Shown piece after piece: positions 23,634-32,960 of a stretch of DNA of 33,179 bases. Below the pieces are notes generated by a model that was not told the origin of the DNA, searched no databases, and was given only the letters and a program-made list of their open reading frames with translations. The stretch's first letter is position 1; every line of letters starts with the position of its first letter. The position numbers and the translations under genes are program-made. Source of the DNA: Azospirillales bacterium (GTDB lineage: Bacteria; Pseudomonadota; Alphaproteobacteria; Azospirillales; Azospirillaceae); assembly GCA_044343785.1 (NCBI GenBank), contig JBIJED010000001.1:1-33179 (forward strand), read 5' to 3'.

Positions 23634-24437
23634 TCAACTGCCCGTGGCGAACTGGGTGCCCTGCTGGCCGCGGGTGGCCCAGCCCGTCATCCGGCGCTCG
23701 ATCGCCGCGAAGAAGACGTAGGTGACGACGCCCATGACCGCGATCACCACGACGCCGGCGAACATCAGCGGGATGCGGAACTGGCTCGACGCCTGCAGCA
23801 TCAGGAACCCGATCCCTTCGTTCGAGGCGATCGTCTCGGAGATGACGGCGCCGACGAAGGCGAGCGTGATGGCGACCTTCAGGGAGGCGAAGAAATAGGG
23901 CATCGAACGCGGCAGCCCGATCTTCATCAGGATGTCGAGCTTGCTGGCGCCGAGCGAGCGCAGCACGTCCTCGATCTCCGGCTCCACCGTCGCGAGGCCG
24001 GTCGCCACGTTCACCGCGATCGGGAAGAAGCAGATGAGGAAGGCGGTCGCGATGGCCGGGGCCTGGCCGATGCCGAGCCAGAGCACCAGGATCGGCGCGA
24101 TCGCCACCTTGGGGATCGAGTTGAACCCGATCAGGACGGGATAGAGACCGTTGTAGACCAGCCGGGACGAACCGATCGCGACGCCCAGCAGCAGGCCGAA
24201 GACGATCCCCAGCCCGAACCCGGAGAGCGTGTTCACCAGCGTGAACATCGCGTGGCCCATGATCGGCCCGCGGAACTGGACGAAGGCCTGCGCGATCGCG
24301 GTCGGGGACGGCAGCACGAAGGGCTGGATCTTGCCGACGACGACGACGAGTTCCCACACGACGAAGATGCCGATCGTGACGATCCAGGGGATCGCCAATT
24401 CCATCTGCCGGCGGGTGATGCGGTTGGAGAGGGCCAT
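23634..24437 (-). CDS. ABC transporter permease, NitT/TauT (nitrate/sulfonate/taurine-type) family
   Basis: ATG at 24437 (MALSNRITRRQMELAIPWIV...). Six-TM BPD-type permease with the EAA-like segment EDVLRSLGASKLDILMKIGLPRSMPYFFASLK. Confidence 0.9.
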   Translation of the reverse strand: MALSNRITRRQMELAIPWIVTIGIFVVWELVVVVGKIQPFVLPSPTAIAQAFVQFRGPIMGHAMFTLVNTLSGFGLGIVFGLLLGVAIGSSRLVYNGLYPVLIGFNSIPKVAIAPILVLWLGIGQAPAIATAFLICFFPIAVNVATGLATVEPEIEDVLRSLGASKLDILMKIGLPRSMPYFFASLKVAITLAFVGAVISETIASNEGIGFLMLQASSQFRIPLMFAGVVVIAVMGVVTYVFFAAIERRMTGWATRGQQGTQFATGS

Positions 24438-24438
24438 C

Positions 24439-25269
24439 TCAGGCGACCTTCGCGACGGGGCGCGCGACCGTCTCCGCCGCACGTGCCTCGCTGCGGACCT
24501 GGCTGATCTGGTCGCGGATGGCGTGGACGAGGGAGACGAATTCGGGCTTGTAGGTGTCGTCGAGCGAGCGCGGCCGCGGGATGTCGACGCGGTGGGTCGC
24601 GATGATGCGACCGGGCCGCGCGCTCATGACGAAGATCTTGTCGGCGAGGAAGGCCGCCTCGCGCAGGTCGTGGGTGACGAGGATGCAGGTGAACTTCCGC
24701 TCCAGCCACAGGTCCTGCATGACCTGCCAGAGTTCCTCGCGCGTGAAGGCGTCGAGCGCGCCGAACGGCTCGTCCAGCATCAGGAGTTCCGGCTCGTGGA
24801 TGAGCGAGCGGCAGAGGTTCGCCCGCTGCTGCATGCCGCCGGAGAGCATCCAGGGGTGTTTCTGTTCGAAGCCGTTCAGGCCCACGGTGCGAAGCAGGTC
24901 CTTCGCCTTCGCTTCGTAGACGGCCCGCTCCTGGCGCAGACGGGACCGGTGGGGCTGCACGATCTCCAGCGGGAGCATGACGTTCCGCAGCGTGGTGCGC
25001 CACGGCAGCATCGTCGGGTTCTGGAAGGCCATGCCGACGATCTTCAGCGGCCCGCCCACCTCGCGACCGGCGACGATGATATTGCCCTGGGTCGGCGGCA
25101 TCAACCCCGTCACGAGCTTCATCAGCGAGGACTTGCCGCAGCCGGACGGGCCCACGACGGCCGCGAACTCCCCCTTCTCGAGCGAGAGGCTCGTCTGGTC
25201 GAGGGCCAGGGTGCCCCCGTCCCCGCCGTAGCGGAGGCTGACGCGGTCGAGTTCGACGAAGGATGACAA
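24439..25269 (-). CDS. ABC transporter ATP-binding protein, NitT/TauT family
   Basis: 276 aa. Walker A GPSGCGKSS, signature LSGGMQQRANLCRSL, Walker B LLMLDEPFGALD. Stop lies 1 nt before the permease start. Confidence 0.9.
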   Translation of the reverse strand: MSSFVELDRVSLRYGGDGGTLALDQTSLSLEKGEFAAVVGPSGCGKSSLMKLVTGLMPPTQGNIIVAGREVGGPLKIVGMAFQNPTMLPWRTTLRNVMLPLEIVQPHRSRLRQERAVYEAKAKDLLRTVGLNGFEQKHPWMLSGGMQQRANLCRSLIHEPELLMLDEPFGALDAFTREELWQVMQDLWLERKFTCILVTHDLREAAFLADKIFVMSARPGRIIATHRVDIPRPRSLDDTYKPEFVSLVHAIRDQISQVRSEARAAETVARPVAKVA

Positions 25270-25292
25270 AGGCGGCTCCCAGTGGATCGGTT

Positions 25293-25317
25293 GGCCGGCC
25301 CCGCGGTAGGGCCGGCC
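25293..25317 (-). terminator. 9-bp GC hairpin between the SBP and ATPase genes (intra-operon attenuator/stabiliser candidate)
   Basis: GGCCGGCCC (25293-25301), 7-nt loop, GGGCCGGCC (25309-25317), immediately downstream of the SBP stop codon. Confidence 0.45.
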
Positions 25318-25327
25318 GGTCCGGTCG

Positions 25328-26362
25328 TCAGGTGAACTTCAGCAGGCTGCGGTCCGGGAGCCAGGTCGGATCGTAGACGTCGGACGCCTTCAGCGGGGTC
25401 GTGACGTTGAACGCCGCCTTCATCGTGTCGATCATCTCCTGCATCCCGGCCTCGGTCACCGGGGAGAGGCCGTCCTTCAGCACGTTCGCCGTGCGGACGA
25501 ACTCGTAATTCATCGCGAGGCGCTCCTTCTCCAGCGCCCGGTCGGTCAGCGGGTCGGCCTTCGCGAGCGACGCGACGGCGCCGTCCAGGTCCTTGAAGGC
25601 CGCGATCTGCGCCCGCGCGATCGCCTTGACCATGCCCGTGACGACGCGCGGATTGGCCTGCGCGTAGCTCCGGCGGACGATCACCGAGGTCGAGTAGAGG
25701 CGCACGCCCGCGTCGGCGTACTTGAAGGAGATGATGTCACCCGGCGCGACGCCGGCGGCCCGCAGGCCGAACACGCCCGACGTCATGAAGCCGGAGATGG
25801 CGTCGGCCTGGCCCTGCGCCAGCATCGTCTCGCGCAGCTGCGGGGTGACGGTGATCCAGCTGATCTTCGAGGCATCGATCCCGGCGGCCTTGGCGAAGGC
25901 GGGGAAGAGCTGGCGGCCGGCGTCCGTCTCGGGCGCCGCGATCTTCCGGCCTTCGAGCTGCTTGGGCGTGGTGATGCCCGAGCGCTTCGTCGTCATCGCG
26001 GCGAGCTGCGTCGCCTCGGTGATCACGAACGGGGTGATGAGGTCGCTCGTCGGGTTCTCGAGCTTCAGGCGGATCGTCGGGCTGAGATCGGCGATCCCGA
26101 TGTCGTAGGCGCCGGTCGCGACCTTCACCGGAACGTCGCCCGAGCCGAAGCCGCGGTCGACCTTCACGTCCAGTCCCTCGTCGCGATAGAAGCCCTTCTC
26201 CAGCGCGTAGAGATAGACGGACTGCGGTCCCTGGAACGCCCAGTCGAGGGTGAACTTCACCGGGATCAGCGACTGCGCCCGCACGATGTGCGGAAACCCG
26301 GCGACGAGACCCGCGCCGGCCAGTGCGGCCCCTCCGGTGAACGCCCGACGGCTCAGCTTCAT
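25328..26362 (-). CDS. ABC transporter substrate-binding protein, NMT1/THI5-like, Tat signal
   Basis: ATG at 26362 with GGAGGA RBS. MKLSRRAFTGGAALAGAGLVAGFPHIVRAQS is a twin-arginine-type signal. The body FTLDWAFQGPQSVYLYALEKGFYRDEGLDVKV is NMT1/SsuA-like. The upstream 172 codons of the listed ORF overlap puuD in another frame and are junk. Confidence 0.85.
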   Translation of the reverse strand: MKLSRRAFTGGAALAGAGLVAGFPHIVRAQSLIPVKFTLDWAFQGPQSVYLYALEKGFYRDEGLDVKVDRGFGSGDVPVKVATGAYDIGIADLSPTIRLKLENPTSDLITPFVITEATQLAAMTTKRSGITTPKQLEGRKIAAPETDAGRQLFPAFAKAAGIDASKISWITVTPQLRETMLAQGQADAISGFMTSGVFGLRAAGVAPGDIISFKYADAGVRLYSTSVIVRRSYAQANPRVVTGMVKAIARAQIAAFKDLDGAVASLAKADPLTDRALEKERLAMNYEFVRTANVLKDGLSPVTEAGMQEMIDTMKAAFNVTTPLKASDVYDPTWLPDRSLLKFT

Positions 26363-26543
26363 GTCATCCTCCGATCGACCAGGGCCGGCACGTGCCGCCC
26401 GCTCGCCTCCCCCGTCAGCAAGTCCCGTACCAAGCACCGCCCGGCGGCCGGGCGGGATGCGCCGGGCGGTGGCGTGGTCACGATCTGGTCGAAGGACGGG
26501 CGTTTGCCCATGGAATAGGCAGTTGCCGCCGTTGTGATCCCCC

Positions 26544-27749
26544 CTACCGCGTGGGGGCTCCCGCCGCGGTCCACGCCGCGAGGATGGCGCGTTCCTCGGC
26601 CGTGATCTCGGTGACGTTTCCGGGCGGCATCGCGGCGGAGTGCACCGCCTGGAGCGCGATCGTCCGGGCCTGCCGCGCGATGTCCGCGGCATTGTCGAGC
26701 ACCACGCCGCGCGGCGGAGCGGCGATCCCGTCCCACGCCGGCTCGACCGCGTGGCACATGGAGCAGCGCGCGAGGACCACCTCCTCCGCCTGCGCGAAGG
26801 CGACCGGGGCGGACGGGCGCGCGTCGGCGGCCCGGGCGGCCCGCGGGCCCTGGGCCGAGAGCCAGCCGATCGCGACAAAGCCCGCCGCCGCGACGGCCCA
26901 CGTCCACCAGGGGCTGCCCGTGCCCGCGTGGCGGGAATTGAAGAAATGCCGGATCAGCGGCCCCATCAGGAGGACGATGGCCACGATCAGCCAGTTGTAG
27001 CGGGTGCCGAACAGCAGCGGATAGTGGTTCGCCAGCATGAGGAACACGACCGGCAGCGTCAGGTAGTTGTTGTGCAGCGACCGCTGCTTGGCCTGCTTGC
27101 CCCAGATCGGGTCCGGCTTCTCGCCCGCGATCAACGCCGCCACCGTCTTGCGCTGGTTCGGGATGATGGTGACGAAGACGCTCGCCACCATGATCGTCCC
27201 GATCAGCGCGCCGATCTGGATGAAGGCGCCGCGGCCGCTGAAGACGTTGCAGAACAGGAGCGTGAGAAGGACGAGCGCCACGTAGAGGATCACGCCCACC
27301 AGGAGGTCGTTCCGCCCGAGCCGCGACCGGCACAGCGCCTCGTAGCCCAGCCAGGGCAGGATGAGCCCGGCGAGGCTGACGGCCACCGCCTGCCAGGGCT
27401 CCATCGGCATGTGCGCGTGGTCGATGAGGAAGAGGCTCGCGCCCAGATAATAGACGACCACCAGAAGCGCGAAACCCGACAGCCACGTCGTATAGGCCTC
27501 CCACTTGAACCAGGTGAGTTCGTCCGGCATCCGCGCCGGCACCACGAGGTACTTCACCATGTTGTAGAAGCCGCCGCCATGGACCTGCCACGCCTCGCCC
27601 TGCACGCCGGCCGGCAGGTCGTCCCGCTTCTTCAGGCTCAGGTCGAGCGCGATGAAATAGAAGGACGATCCGATCCACGTGATCCCGGCGATCACGTGCA
27701 GCCAACGGATCGCCATCCCCGCCCATTCGATCAGAATTGCCTCGTACAT
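26544..27749 (-). CDS. puuD: Membrane-bound urate hydroxylase PuuD-like protein with C-terminal cytochrome c domain
   Basis: ATG at 27749 (MYEAILIEWAGMAIRWLHVIAGITWIGSSFYFIALDLSL...). Multi-TM body and a C-terminal CSMCH (CXXCH) haem-binding motif. Divergent from the HIU hydrolase gene. Confidence 0.8.
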   Translation of the reverse strand: MYEAILIEWAGMAIRWLHVIAGITWIGSSFYFIALDLSLKKRDDLPAGVQGEAWQVHGGGFYNMVKYLVVPARMPDELTWFKWEAYTTWLSGFALLVVVYYLGASLFLIDHAHMPMEPWQAVAVSLAGLILPWLGYEALCRSRLGRNDLLVGVILYVALVLLTLLFCNVFSGRGAFIQIGALIGTIMVASVFVTIIPNQRKTVAALIAGEKPDPIWGKQAKQRSLHNNYLTLPVVFLMLANHYPLLFGTRYNWLIVAIVLLMGPLIRHFFNSRHAGTGSPWWTWAVAAAGFVAIGWLSAQGPRAARAADARPSAPVAFAQAEEVVLARCSMCHAVEPAWDGIAAPPRGVVLDNAADIARQARTIALQAVHSAAMPPGNVTEITAEERAILAAWTAAGAPTR

Positions 27750-27958
27750 CCCGCCCTCGTCACCCGTCGTCGCATCGTCACGACCGCCCCGACCCAAGGC
27801 ACGTTCCGTGCCATCCGAGGTGGCGGTCCGGCAATCGTCGCGACGTCGCGCCCGCGACGATCGGCGGACTTGCCTGCGCGCCCCCAACCGCAACACTGTG
27901 CCCGGATCCTACGTCAGCGCGGCCGACGCCATCGTCCAGAAGCAGGAGAGGAACCCGC

Positions 27959-28315
27959 ATGGGCCGCCTGACCACCCACGTCCTCGACACCTCCCGCGGG
28001 CTTCCGGCCGCCGGCCTGCACATCGAGGTCATGTCGCTCGAGGAGAACGACGCGGTCCATCCGTTGAAGGAGGTCGTGACCAACGCCGACGGACGGACGG
28101 ACCGGCCGCTCCTCGACGGCCCGGAGTTCACGGTCGGCGAGTACGAGCTGCGTTTCCATGCCGGCGCCTATTTCCGGACGATCGGCCTCGTCCTGCCCCA
28201 CCCGCCGTTCCTCGACATCGTATGCGTCCGCTTCGGCGTCGCGAACGCGGAGCGCCACACCCACGTGCCTCTCCTCGTGAGCCCTTACGGCTATTCCACA
28301 TATCGCGGCAGTTGA
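27959..28315 (+). CDS. uraH: 5-hydroxyisourate hydrolase (transthyretin-like)
   Basis: ATG at 27959 with AGGAGAGGA RBS. MGRLTTHVLDTSRGLPAAG...HVPLLVSPYGYSTYRGS, with the diagnostic C-terminal YRGS. Confidence 0.92.
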   Translation: MGRLTTHVLDTSRGLPAAGLHIEVMSLEENDAVHPLKEVVTNADGRTDRPLLDGPEFTVGEYELRFHAGAYFRTIGLVLPHPPFLDIVCVRFGVANAERHTHVPLLVSPYGYSTYRGS

Positions 28316-28334
28316 GCCGGCGCGCCCGGAGGGG

Positions 28335-28419
28335 TGGTAGGGACGAGGGGGCTCGAACCCCTATGGCTGCCGCCGGCGGATTTTAAGTCCGCTCCGTCTA
28401 CCAGTTCCGGCACGTCCCC
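28335..28419 (-). tRNA. tRNA-Leu (anticodon TAA), class II long variable arm, CCA encoded
   Basis: Reverse complement GGGGACGTGCCGGAACTGGTAGACGGAGCGGACTTAAAATCCGCCGGCGGCAGCCATAGGGGTTCGAGCCCCCTCGTCCCTACCA. Anticodon stem GCGGA/TCCGC with loop CTTAAAA, T arm AGGGG-TTCGAGC-CCCCT. Confidence 0.93.
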
Positions 28420-28540
28420 CGATCGACCGGTGGGGACCGGCCGTCCGGCGTAACCCTAGTTCGGTCGACCGCCCGTCGCAAGCCGCCGCGCCTTACGCCA
28501 CGGTCTTGTCGCAACCCGGGCGCGAGGCCATCTGGCCTGC

Positions 28541-28705
28541 ATGGAAATGGCCCAGATCGCCGGCCTCGTCGGCGCCCTCGTCGCTCTCGTGATCCTCGTG
28601 CCCCGGGTCCGGCGGATCGGGGGCGGCGCGATGCTCCGCGCGATCGCCGGCTGGCTCGCGTTCGCGGTCGTGCTCGCCCTGGCCTATCGGTTGTGGGCCG
28701 GCTGA
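28541..28705 (+). CDS. Possible small two-TM membrane protein (54 aa)
   Basis: Below the ORF-track size cut-off. My translation: MEMAQIAGLVGALVALVILVPRVRRIGGGAMLRAIAGWLAFAVVLALAYRLWAG. Strong G/C third-position bias and two hydrophobic helices separated by a basic loop. No clear RBS. Confidence 0.35.
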   Translation: MEMAQIAGLVGALVALVILVPRVRRIGGGAMLRAIAGWLAFAVVLALAYRLWAG

Positions 28706-28717
28706 CGGGATGCGCCC

Positions 28718-29485
28718 TCAGCCCTGGCCGGCCTCGACCACGGGATCGCCACCGAGCCCGCTGACGAGGTCGGCCACCGCCGCCGTCGCCGCCTCCAGCC
28801 CCGCCTCGTCGGTCGCGCGCAGCACCAGAGACACGCCGAAGGACTGGTTCCTGTAGAAGGGATAGCTGCCGATCTCGACCGCCGGGAACCGGTCCTGGAT
28901 CGCCGACAGCCCCTCGGCGATGATCCCTTCCGGCAACAGGCAGCGGACGGTGCGGGCGTGCATCGGCGGCCCGCCGACGAGCGTGGGCGCGATCCCGTCG
29001 AACATCGCGTGCATGATGGAGGGAACGCCCGCCATCACGTGGACGTTGCCGATCCGGAAGCCGGGCGCCTTGCTGACGGGGTTGTCGATCAGCGCGGCGC
29101 CGACGGGCGCGTTCGCCATCCGCAGCCGCGCGGCGTTCAGCTGTCCCGGCGGATAGTGCGCCTCCAGCCGGCGGCGCGCCTCCTCGTTCTGTTCGAGCGG
29201 GACGCCGAACGCCTCGGCGACGCACTCGGCCGTGATGTCGTCGTGGGTGGGGCCGATGCCGCCCGTGGTGAAGACGTAGGTCCAGCGGGACCGCAGCGCG
29301 TTCACCGCGGCGACGACGTCGGCCTTCACGTCGGGCACGACGCGCGCCTCGCGCACGCGGATGCCGAGCGCGCAAAGCCGTTCGGCGAGCCAGCCGAGGT
29401 TCGCGTCCTTGGTCCGGCCGGACAGGATCTCGTTGCCGATGACGAGGATGGCGGCGGTGGGGGCGTCGTGGGGCGTGTCGGTCAT
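28718..29485 (-). CDS. CinA N-terminal-like / MoCF-biosynthesis (MoaB-MogA fold) domain protein (COG1058-type)
   Basis: ATG at 29485 (MTDTPHDAPTAAILVIGNEILSGRTKDANLGWLAERL...FTTGGIGPTHDDIT...). Confidence 0.85.
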   Translation of the reverse strand: MTDTPHDAPTAAILVIGNEILSGRTKDANLGWLAERLCALGIRVREARVVPDVKADVVAAVNALRSRWTYVFTTGGIGPTHDDITAECVAEAFGVPLEQNEEARRRLEAHYPPGQLNAARLRMANAPVGAALIDNPVSKAPGFRIGNVHVMAGVPSIMHAMFDGIAPTLVGGPPMHARTVRCLLPEGIIAEGLSAIQDRFPAVEIGSYPFYRNQSFGVSLVLRATDEAGLEAATAAVADLVSGLGGDPVVEAGQG

Positions 29486-29577
29486 GGTGGCCGGACGATT
29501 CCACGGCGGGCCGGTCCCGCGCAACCGCCGCCCGCCGGTCTTGAACGACGCGGGGCCCAGCGGATAGGGTCCCGGCG

Positions 29578-30318
29578 ATGCGCTTTCCCGCCCCCCTCCT
29601 CCCCGGCCGCCTGCTGCGTCGCTACAAGCGATTCCTGGCCGACGTCGATCTCGTCGGCGTCGGCCCGGTCACCGTGCACTGCCCGAATCCGGGCGCGATG
29701 ATGGGGCTCGATACGCCCGATTCGGACGTGTGGGTGTCGCCGGCCCCAGGCGCTGGGCGGAAGCTGGCCTGGACGCTGGAGATCGTCCGGGCCCCGGCCG
29801 AGCAGGGCGGCGGCCTCGTCGGGATCAACACCGGCCATCCGAACCGGATCGCGGCCGAGGCGATCACGGCCGGCGGGATCCCCGCGCTCGCGGGCTACGC
29901 GACCGTCCGGCGGGAGGTCCGCTACGGCGTGAACTCACGCATCGACCTGCTGCTGGAAGCCGACGGCAGGCCGCCCGCCTATGTGGAGGTGAAGAACGTC
30001 CACCTGCGGCGGGGCGCCTCCACCGTGGCGGAGTTCCCGGACTGCGTGACGGCCCGCGGCGCCAAACATCTCGACGAACTCGCCGCGATGGTGGCCACAG
30101 GCGCGCGCGCGGTCATGCTCTACGTCGTCCAGCGCGGGGACTGCGACCGGTTCGCCGTCGCCGCCGACATCGACCCCGCCTACGCCGCGGGCCTCGCCCG
30201 GGCGACGGCGGCGGGGGTGGAGGCGATCTGCCACGCCTGCGCGGTGACGACCGACGGCATCGTCCTCGACCGGCCCCTCCCGGTCGTCCTGCCCGCCGTC
30301 GCGGACCGCGCCGCGTGA
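29578..30318 (+). CDS. sfsA: Sugar fermentation stimulation protein A (DNA/RNA nuclease SfsA)
   Basis: 246 aa. MRFPAPLLPGRLLRRYKRFLADVDL...VEVKNVHL...FPDCVTARGAKHL is the SfsA signature. Confidence 0.92.
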   Translation: MRFPAPLLPGRLLRRYKRFLADVDLVGVGPVTVHCPNPGAMMGLDTPDSDVWVSPAPGAGRKLAWTLEIVRAPAEQGGGLVGINTGHPNRIAAEAITAGGIPALAGYATVRREVRYGVNSRIDLLLEADGRPPAYVEVKNVHLRRGASTVAEFPDCVTARGAKHLDELAAMVATGARAVMLYVVQRGDCDRFAVAADIDPAYAAGLARATAAGVEAICHACAVTTDGIVLDRPLPVVLPAVADRAA

Positions 30319-31127
30319 CCGGCTCCGCACGCCTGCGCGCCGAGAAGATCCCCCTCCAAGGGCCCGAGGGGTTCGACGGACTGCGGGCCGCTGGGCGCCT
30401 CGCCGCGGCCACCCTCGACATGGTGACCCCCTACGTCCTCCCGGGCGTCACGACCGGCGATCTCGACCGGCTGTGCGAGGCGTTCATCCGCGGCCATGGC
30501 GCCCTCCCCGCCCCGCTCGGCTACCGCGGCTTTCCCAAGGCGACCTGCATCTCGCTCAACAGCGTCGTCTGCCACGGCATCCCCGGCGACCGGCGGCTGG
30601 AGACCGGCGACATCCTCAACATCGACGTCACCGCCATCCTCGACGGCTGGTATGGCGACACGAGCCGCATGTTCGTCGTCGGCGGGTGCTCGGGTGCCGC
30701 GACCCGGCTGATCGACACGACCCATGCCGCGATGCTCGCCGGCATCGCGGCCGTCCGGCCCGGGGCGACGCTCGGCGACATCGGATGGGCGATCCAGTCG
30801 ATCGCCGAGGCGCGGCGGTACAGCGTCGTGCGGGAGTTCTGCGGCCACGGCATCGGCCGTGCCTTCCACCAGCCGCCGACCGTCCTGCATCACGGAACGC
30901 CGGGGCGCGGCCTCGTTCTCGAACCCGGGATGGTCTTCACGGTCGAGCCGATGATCAACGCCGGCCGGCGCGAGGTGACGGTGCTCGCCGACGGCTGGAC
31001 CGCCGTCACCCGCGACGGGAGCCTCTCGGCCCAGTTCGAGCACACCGTCGGCGTCACGGACCGCGGCTGCGAGGTCTTCACCCTGTCGCCCGCCGGCCAC
31101 ACCAGGCCGCCCTACCGGACGGACTGA
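30315..31127 (+). CDS. map: Type I methionine aminopeptidase
   Basis: In-frame GTG at 30315 overlaps the sfsA TGA (GTGA). Metal-ligand contexts are present (NIDVTAILDGWYGDTSRMF, FCGHGIG, FTVEPM, SAQFEHTV). The earlier part of ORF 29730..31127 overlaps sfsA and is junk. Confidence 0.9.
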   Translation: MTGSARLRAEKIPLQGPEGFDGLRAAGRLAAATLDMVTPYVLPGVTTGDLDRLCEAFIRGHGALPAPLGYRGFPKATCISLNSVVCHGIPGDRRLETGDILNIDVTAILDGWYGDTSRMFVVGGCSGAATRLIDTTHAAMLAGIAAVRPGATLGDIGWAIQSIAEARRYSVVREFCGHGIGRAFHQPPTVLHHGTPGRGLVLEPGMVFTVEPMINAGRREVTVLADGWTAVTRDGSLSAQFEHTVGVTDRGCEVFTLSPAGHTRPPYRTD

Positions 31128-31180
31128 CACCGCCGGTCGTGTCGCCCTATATTCGGGGTTGTGGCGCGAGGAGGCGATCG

Positions 31181-31888
31181 GTGGGCGACGGCGGGCTTCG
31201 TGACGGCGAGGAGGACGGCCCGCACTGGCTGGGGCACCGCCAGCGGTTGCGTGGCCGTTTCCTGGAGGCCGGGGGCGACGCGCTGCAGGACTACGAGCTG
31301 CTGGAGCTTCTCCTCTTCTCCGCGATCCCCCGACGCGACGTGAAGCCCGTCGCCAAGGCGCTGCTCAAGGAATTCGGGAGCCTCTGGGCCGTGGTGAACG
31401 CCTCCCCCGCCGAACTGGTCCGCCGTGGGGGGCTCGGCGAGACCGCCGCGACCACGGTCTCGGTCGTCGCATCCGTCTCGCGTCGGATGCACTGGCGCCA
31501 GCTGAAGGACCAGCCGGTGCTGGGTTCCTGGGCCCGGCTCGTCGAATACGTCGAGCGGGCGATGGCGCACGAGCCGGTGGAGCAGTTCCGGCTGCTGTTC
31601 CTCGATCGGAAGAACAAGCTCCTGGCCGACGAGGTGCAGCACCGCGGCACCGTCGACCACACGGCCGCCTACCCGCGGGAGGTGGTGCGCCGGGCGCTGG
31701 AGCTGGGCGCGTCGGCCGTCATCCTGGTCCACAACCATCCGTCCGGCGACCCGGAGCCGAGTCGCGCCGACATCGAACTGACGAAGGAGATCGTCGCGGC
31801 GTGCCAGACGCTCGGCATCACCGTCCACGACCATCTGATCGTGGGAAAGGGCCGGCAGGTCAGTTTCAAGGCGAAGGGGCTGATGTGA
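31181..31888 (+). CDS. radC: RadC-family JAB/MPN domain protein
   Basis: GTG at 31181, 6 nt after GAGGAGG. HhH-like N-terminal part (YELLELLLFSAIPRRDVKPVAKALLKEFGSL). JAMM motif ILVHNHPSGDPEPSRADI. Confidence 0.88.
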   Translation: MGDGGLRDGEEDGPHWLGHRQRLRGRFLEAGGDALQDYELLELLLFSAIPRRDVKPVAKALLKEFGSLWAVVNASPAELVRRGGLGETAATTVSVVASVSRRMHWRQLKDQPVLGSWARLVEYVERAMAHEPVEQFRLLFLDRKNKLLADEVQHRGTVDHTAAYPREVVRRALELGASAVILVHNHPSGDPEPSRADIELTKEIVAACQTLGITVHDHLIVGKGRQVSFKAKGLM

Positions 31889-31898
31889 CCCGGACAGG

Positions 31899-32138
31899 TC
31901 AGGCGATCTCGATCGCGTAGTCCTCGACGACGAGGTTGGCCAGCAGCTTGCGGCACATCTCCTCGACGGCTGCACGGGCCTTCTCGCGGTCGGTCTCGGC
32001 CAGTTCGAGCTCGATCACCTTTCCGGCCCGCACCTCTCCCACCTGCGGGAAGCCGAGGCCGTGGAGCGCGTTGGTGATCGCCTTGCCCTGCGGGTCGAGA
32101 ACGCCGCGCTTCAGCGTGACGGTGACCCTCGCCTTCAT
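31899..32138 (-). CDS. purS: Phosphoribosylformylglycinamidine synthase subunit PurS
   Basis: 79 aa. [30 protein letters not shown]...[10 protein letters not shown]. Its ATG overlaps the purC TGA (ATGA). Confidence 0.93.
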   Translation of the reverse strand: MKARVTVTLKRGVLDPQGKAITNALHGLGFPQVGEVRAGKVIELELAETDREKARAAVEEMCRKLLANLVVEDYAIEIA

Positions 32139-32899
32139 TGCATCACCTTCGGGCCGGAGACGTCCGCGGGCCCGCCCTCGGGAAGGATGCCGAGACGGCG
32201 CGCCACCTCCTGGTAGGCCTCCTCGACCTTGCCGAGATCCTGTCGGAACCGGTCCTTGTCGAGCTTCTCGTTCGTCTTCGAGTCCCAGAGGCGGCAGTTG
32301 TCCGGGCTGATCTCGTCGGCGAGCACGATGCGCATCTGCTCGTCCTCCCACAGCCGCCCGTACTCGACCTTGAAGTCGACGAGCTTGAGGCCGATGCCGA
32401 GGAAGAGGCCGGACAGATAGTCGTTGATGCGCAGGGTCATGGAGATCATGTCGTCCATGTCCTGCGTGTCCGCCCAGCCGAAGGCGGTGATGTGCTCCTC
32501 GGTCACCATCGGGTCGCCGAGTTCGTCGGACTTGTAGTAGAATTCGAGGATCGAGCGCGGGAGCTGCGTGCCCTCGGCGATGCCGAACCGCTTCGACAGC
32601 GACCCGGCCGCGACGTTGCGGCAGACCACCTCGATCGGAATGATCTCCACCTCGCGCACGAGCTGCTCGCGCATGTTCAGACGGCGCACGAAGTGCGTGG
32701 GGATCCCCATCTCGCCCAGCCGGACCATCAGATATTCCGAGATCCGGTTGTTGAGGACGCCCTTGCCGGTGATGACGCCCTTCTTCTGGTTGTTGAACGC
32801 CGTGGCGTCGTCCTTGAAGTACTGCACGAGGGTCCCCGGCTCCGGTCCTTCGAACAGGACCTTCGCCTTGCCCTCGTAGATCCGGCGGCGTCTCGTCAT
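32135..32899 (-). CDS. purC: Phosphoribosylaminoimidazole-succinocarboxamide (SAICAR) synthase
   Basis: ATG at 32899 ([36 protein letters not shown]...). 254 aa, typical PurC. The upstream part of ORF 32135..33157 is an extension. Confidence 0.95.
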   Translation of the reverse strand: MTRRRRIYEGKAKVLFEGPEPGTLVQYFKDDATAFNNQKKGVITGKGVLNNRISEYLMVRLGEMGIPTHFVRRLNMREQLVREVEIIPIEVVCRNVAAGSLSKRFGIAEGTQLPRSILEFYYKSDELGDPMVTEEHITAFGWADTQDMDDMISMTLRINDYLSGLFLGIGLKLVDFKVEYGRLWEDEQMRIVLADEISPDNCRLWDSKTNEKLDKDRFRQDLGKVEEAYQEVARRLGILPEGGPADVSGPKVMQ

Positions 32900-32960
32900 C
32901 TTGGCTTCCAGGCTGGCAGGAACGGGCACGGGACGCCCGCCCTGGGAAATCGCCTTACCG

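Noticed and set aside
26363-26543. A possible TPP (THI-box) or ZTP riboswitch upstream of the NMT1/THI5-like binding-protein gene. ThiY-type SBPs are often TPP-regulated.
   Set aside because: On the minus strand I could not find the CUGAGA / ACCUGAUC...GCCAGCG THI-box elements. The partial resemblance to the ZTP motif (CGTGAC..GCC, CCGCCCGGCGCA) lacks the intervening helices and fails at conserved positions. The perfect hairpin CCGCCCGGC-G-GCCGGGCGG (26437-26455) is more simply a puuD terminator. An Infernal/Rfam scan would settle it.
28335-28720. tRNA-Leu as a genomic-island integration site.
   Set aside because: There is no integrase, no phage or transposon genes, and I saw no repeat of the tRNA 3' end downstream. 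The flanking genes are ordinary housekeeping genes.
1-29485. An apparent enrichment of ADP-ribose/NAD-related genes across the window: the NudF-like ADPRase at 1-474, the nrtR cassette at 16.7-19.3 kb, and the COG1058/CinA-like protein at 28718-29485 (a family reported to include ADPR pyrophosphatases).
   Set aside because: The three loci are 10-16 kb apart, separated by unrelated housekeeping operons on both strands. This is most likely coincidence rather than one system.
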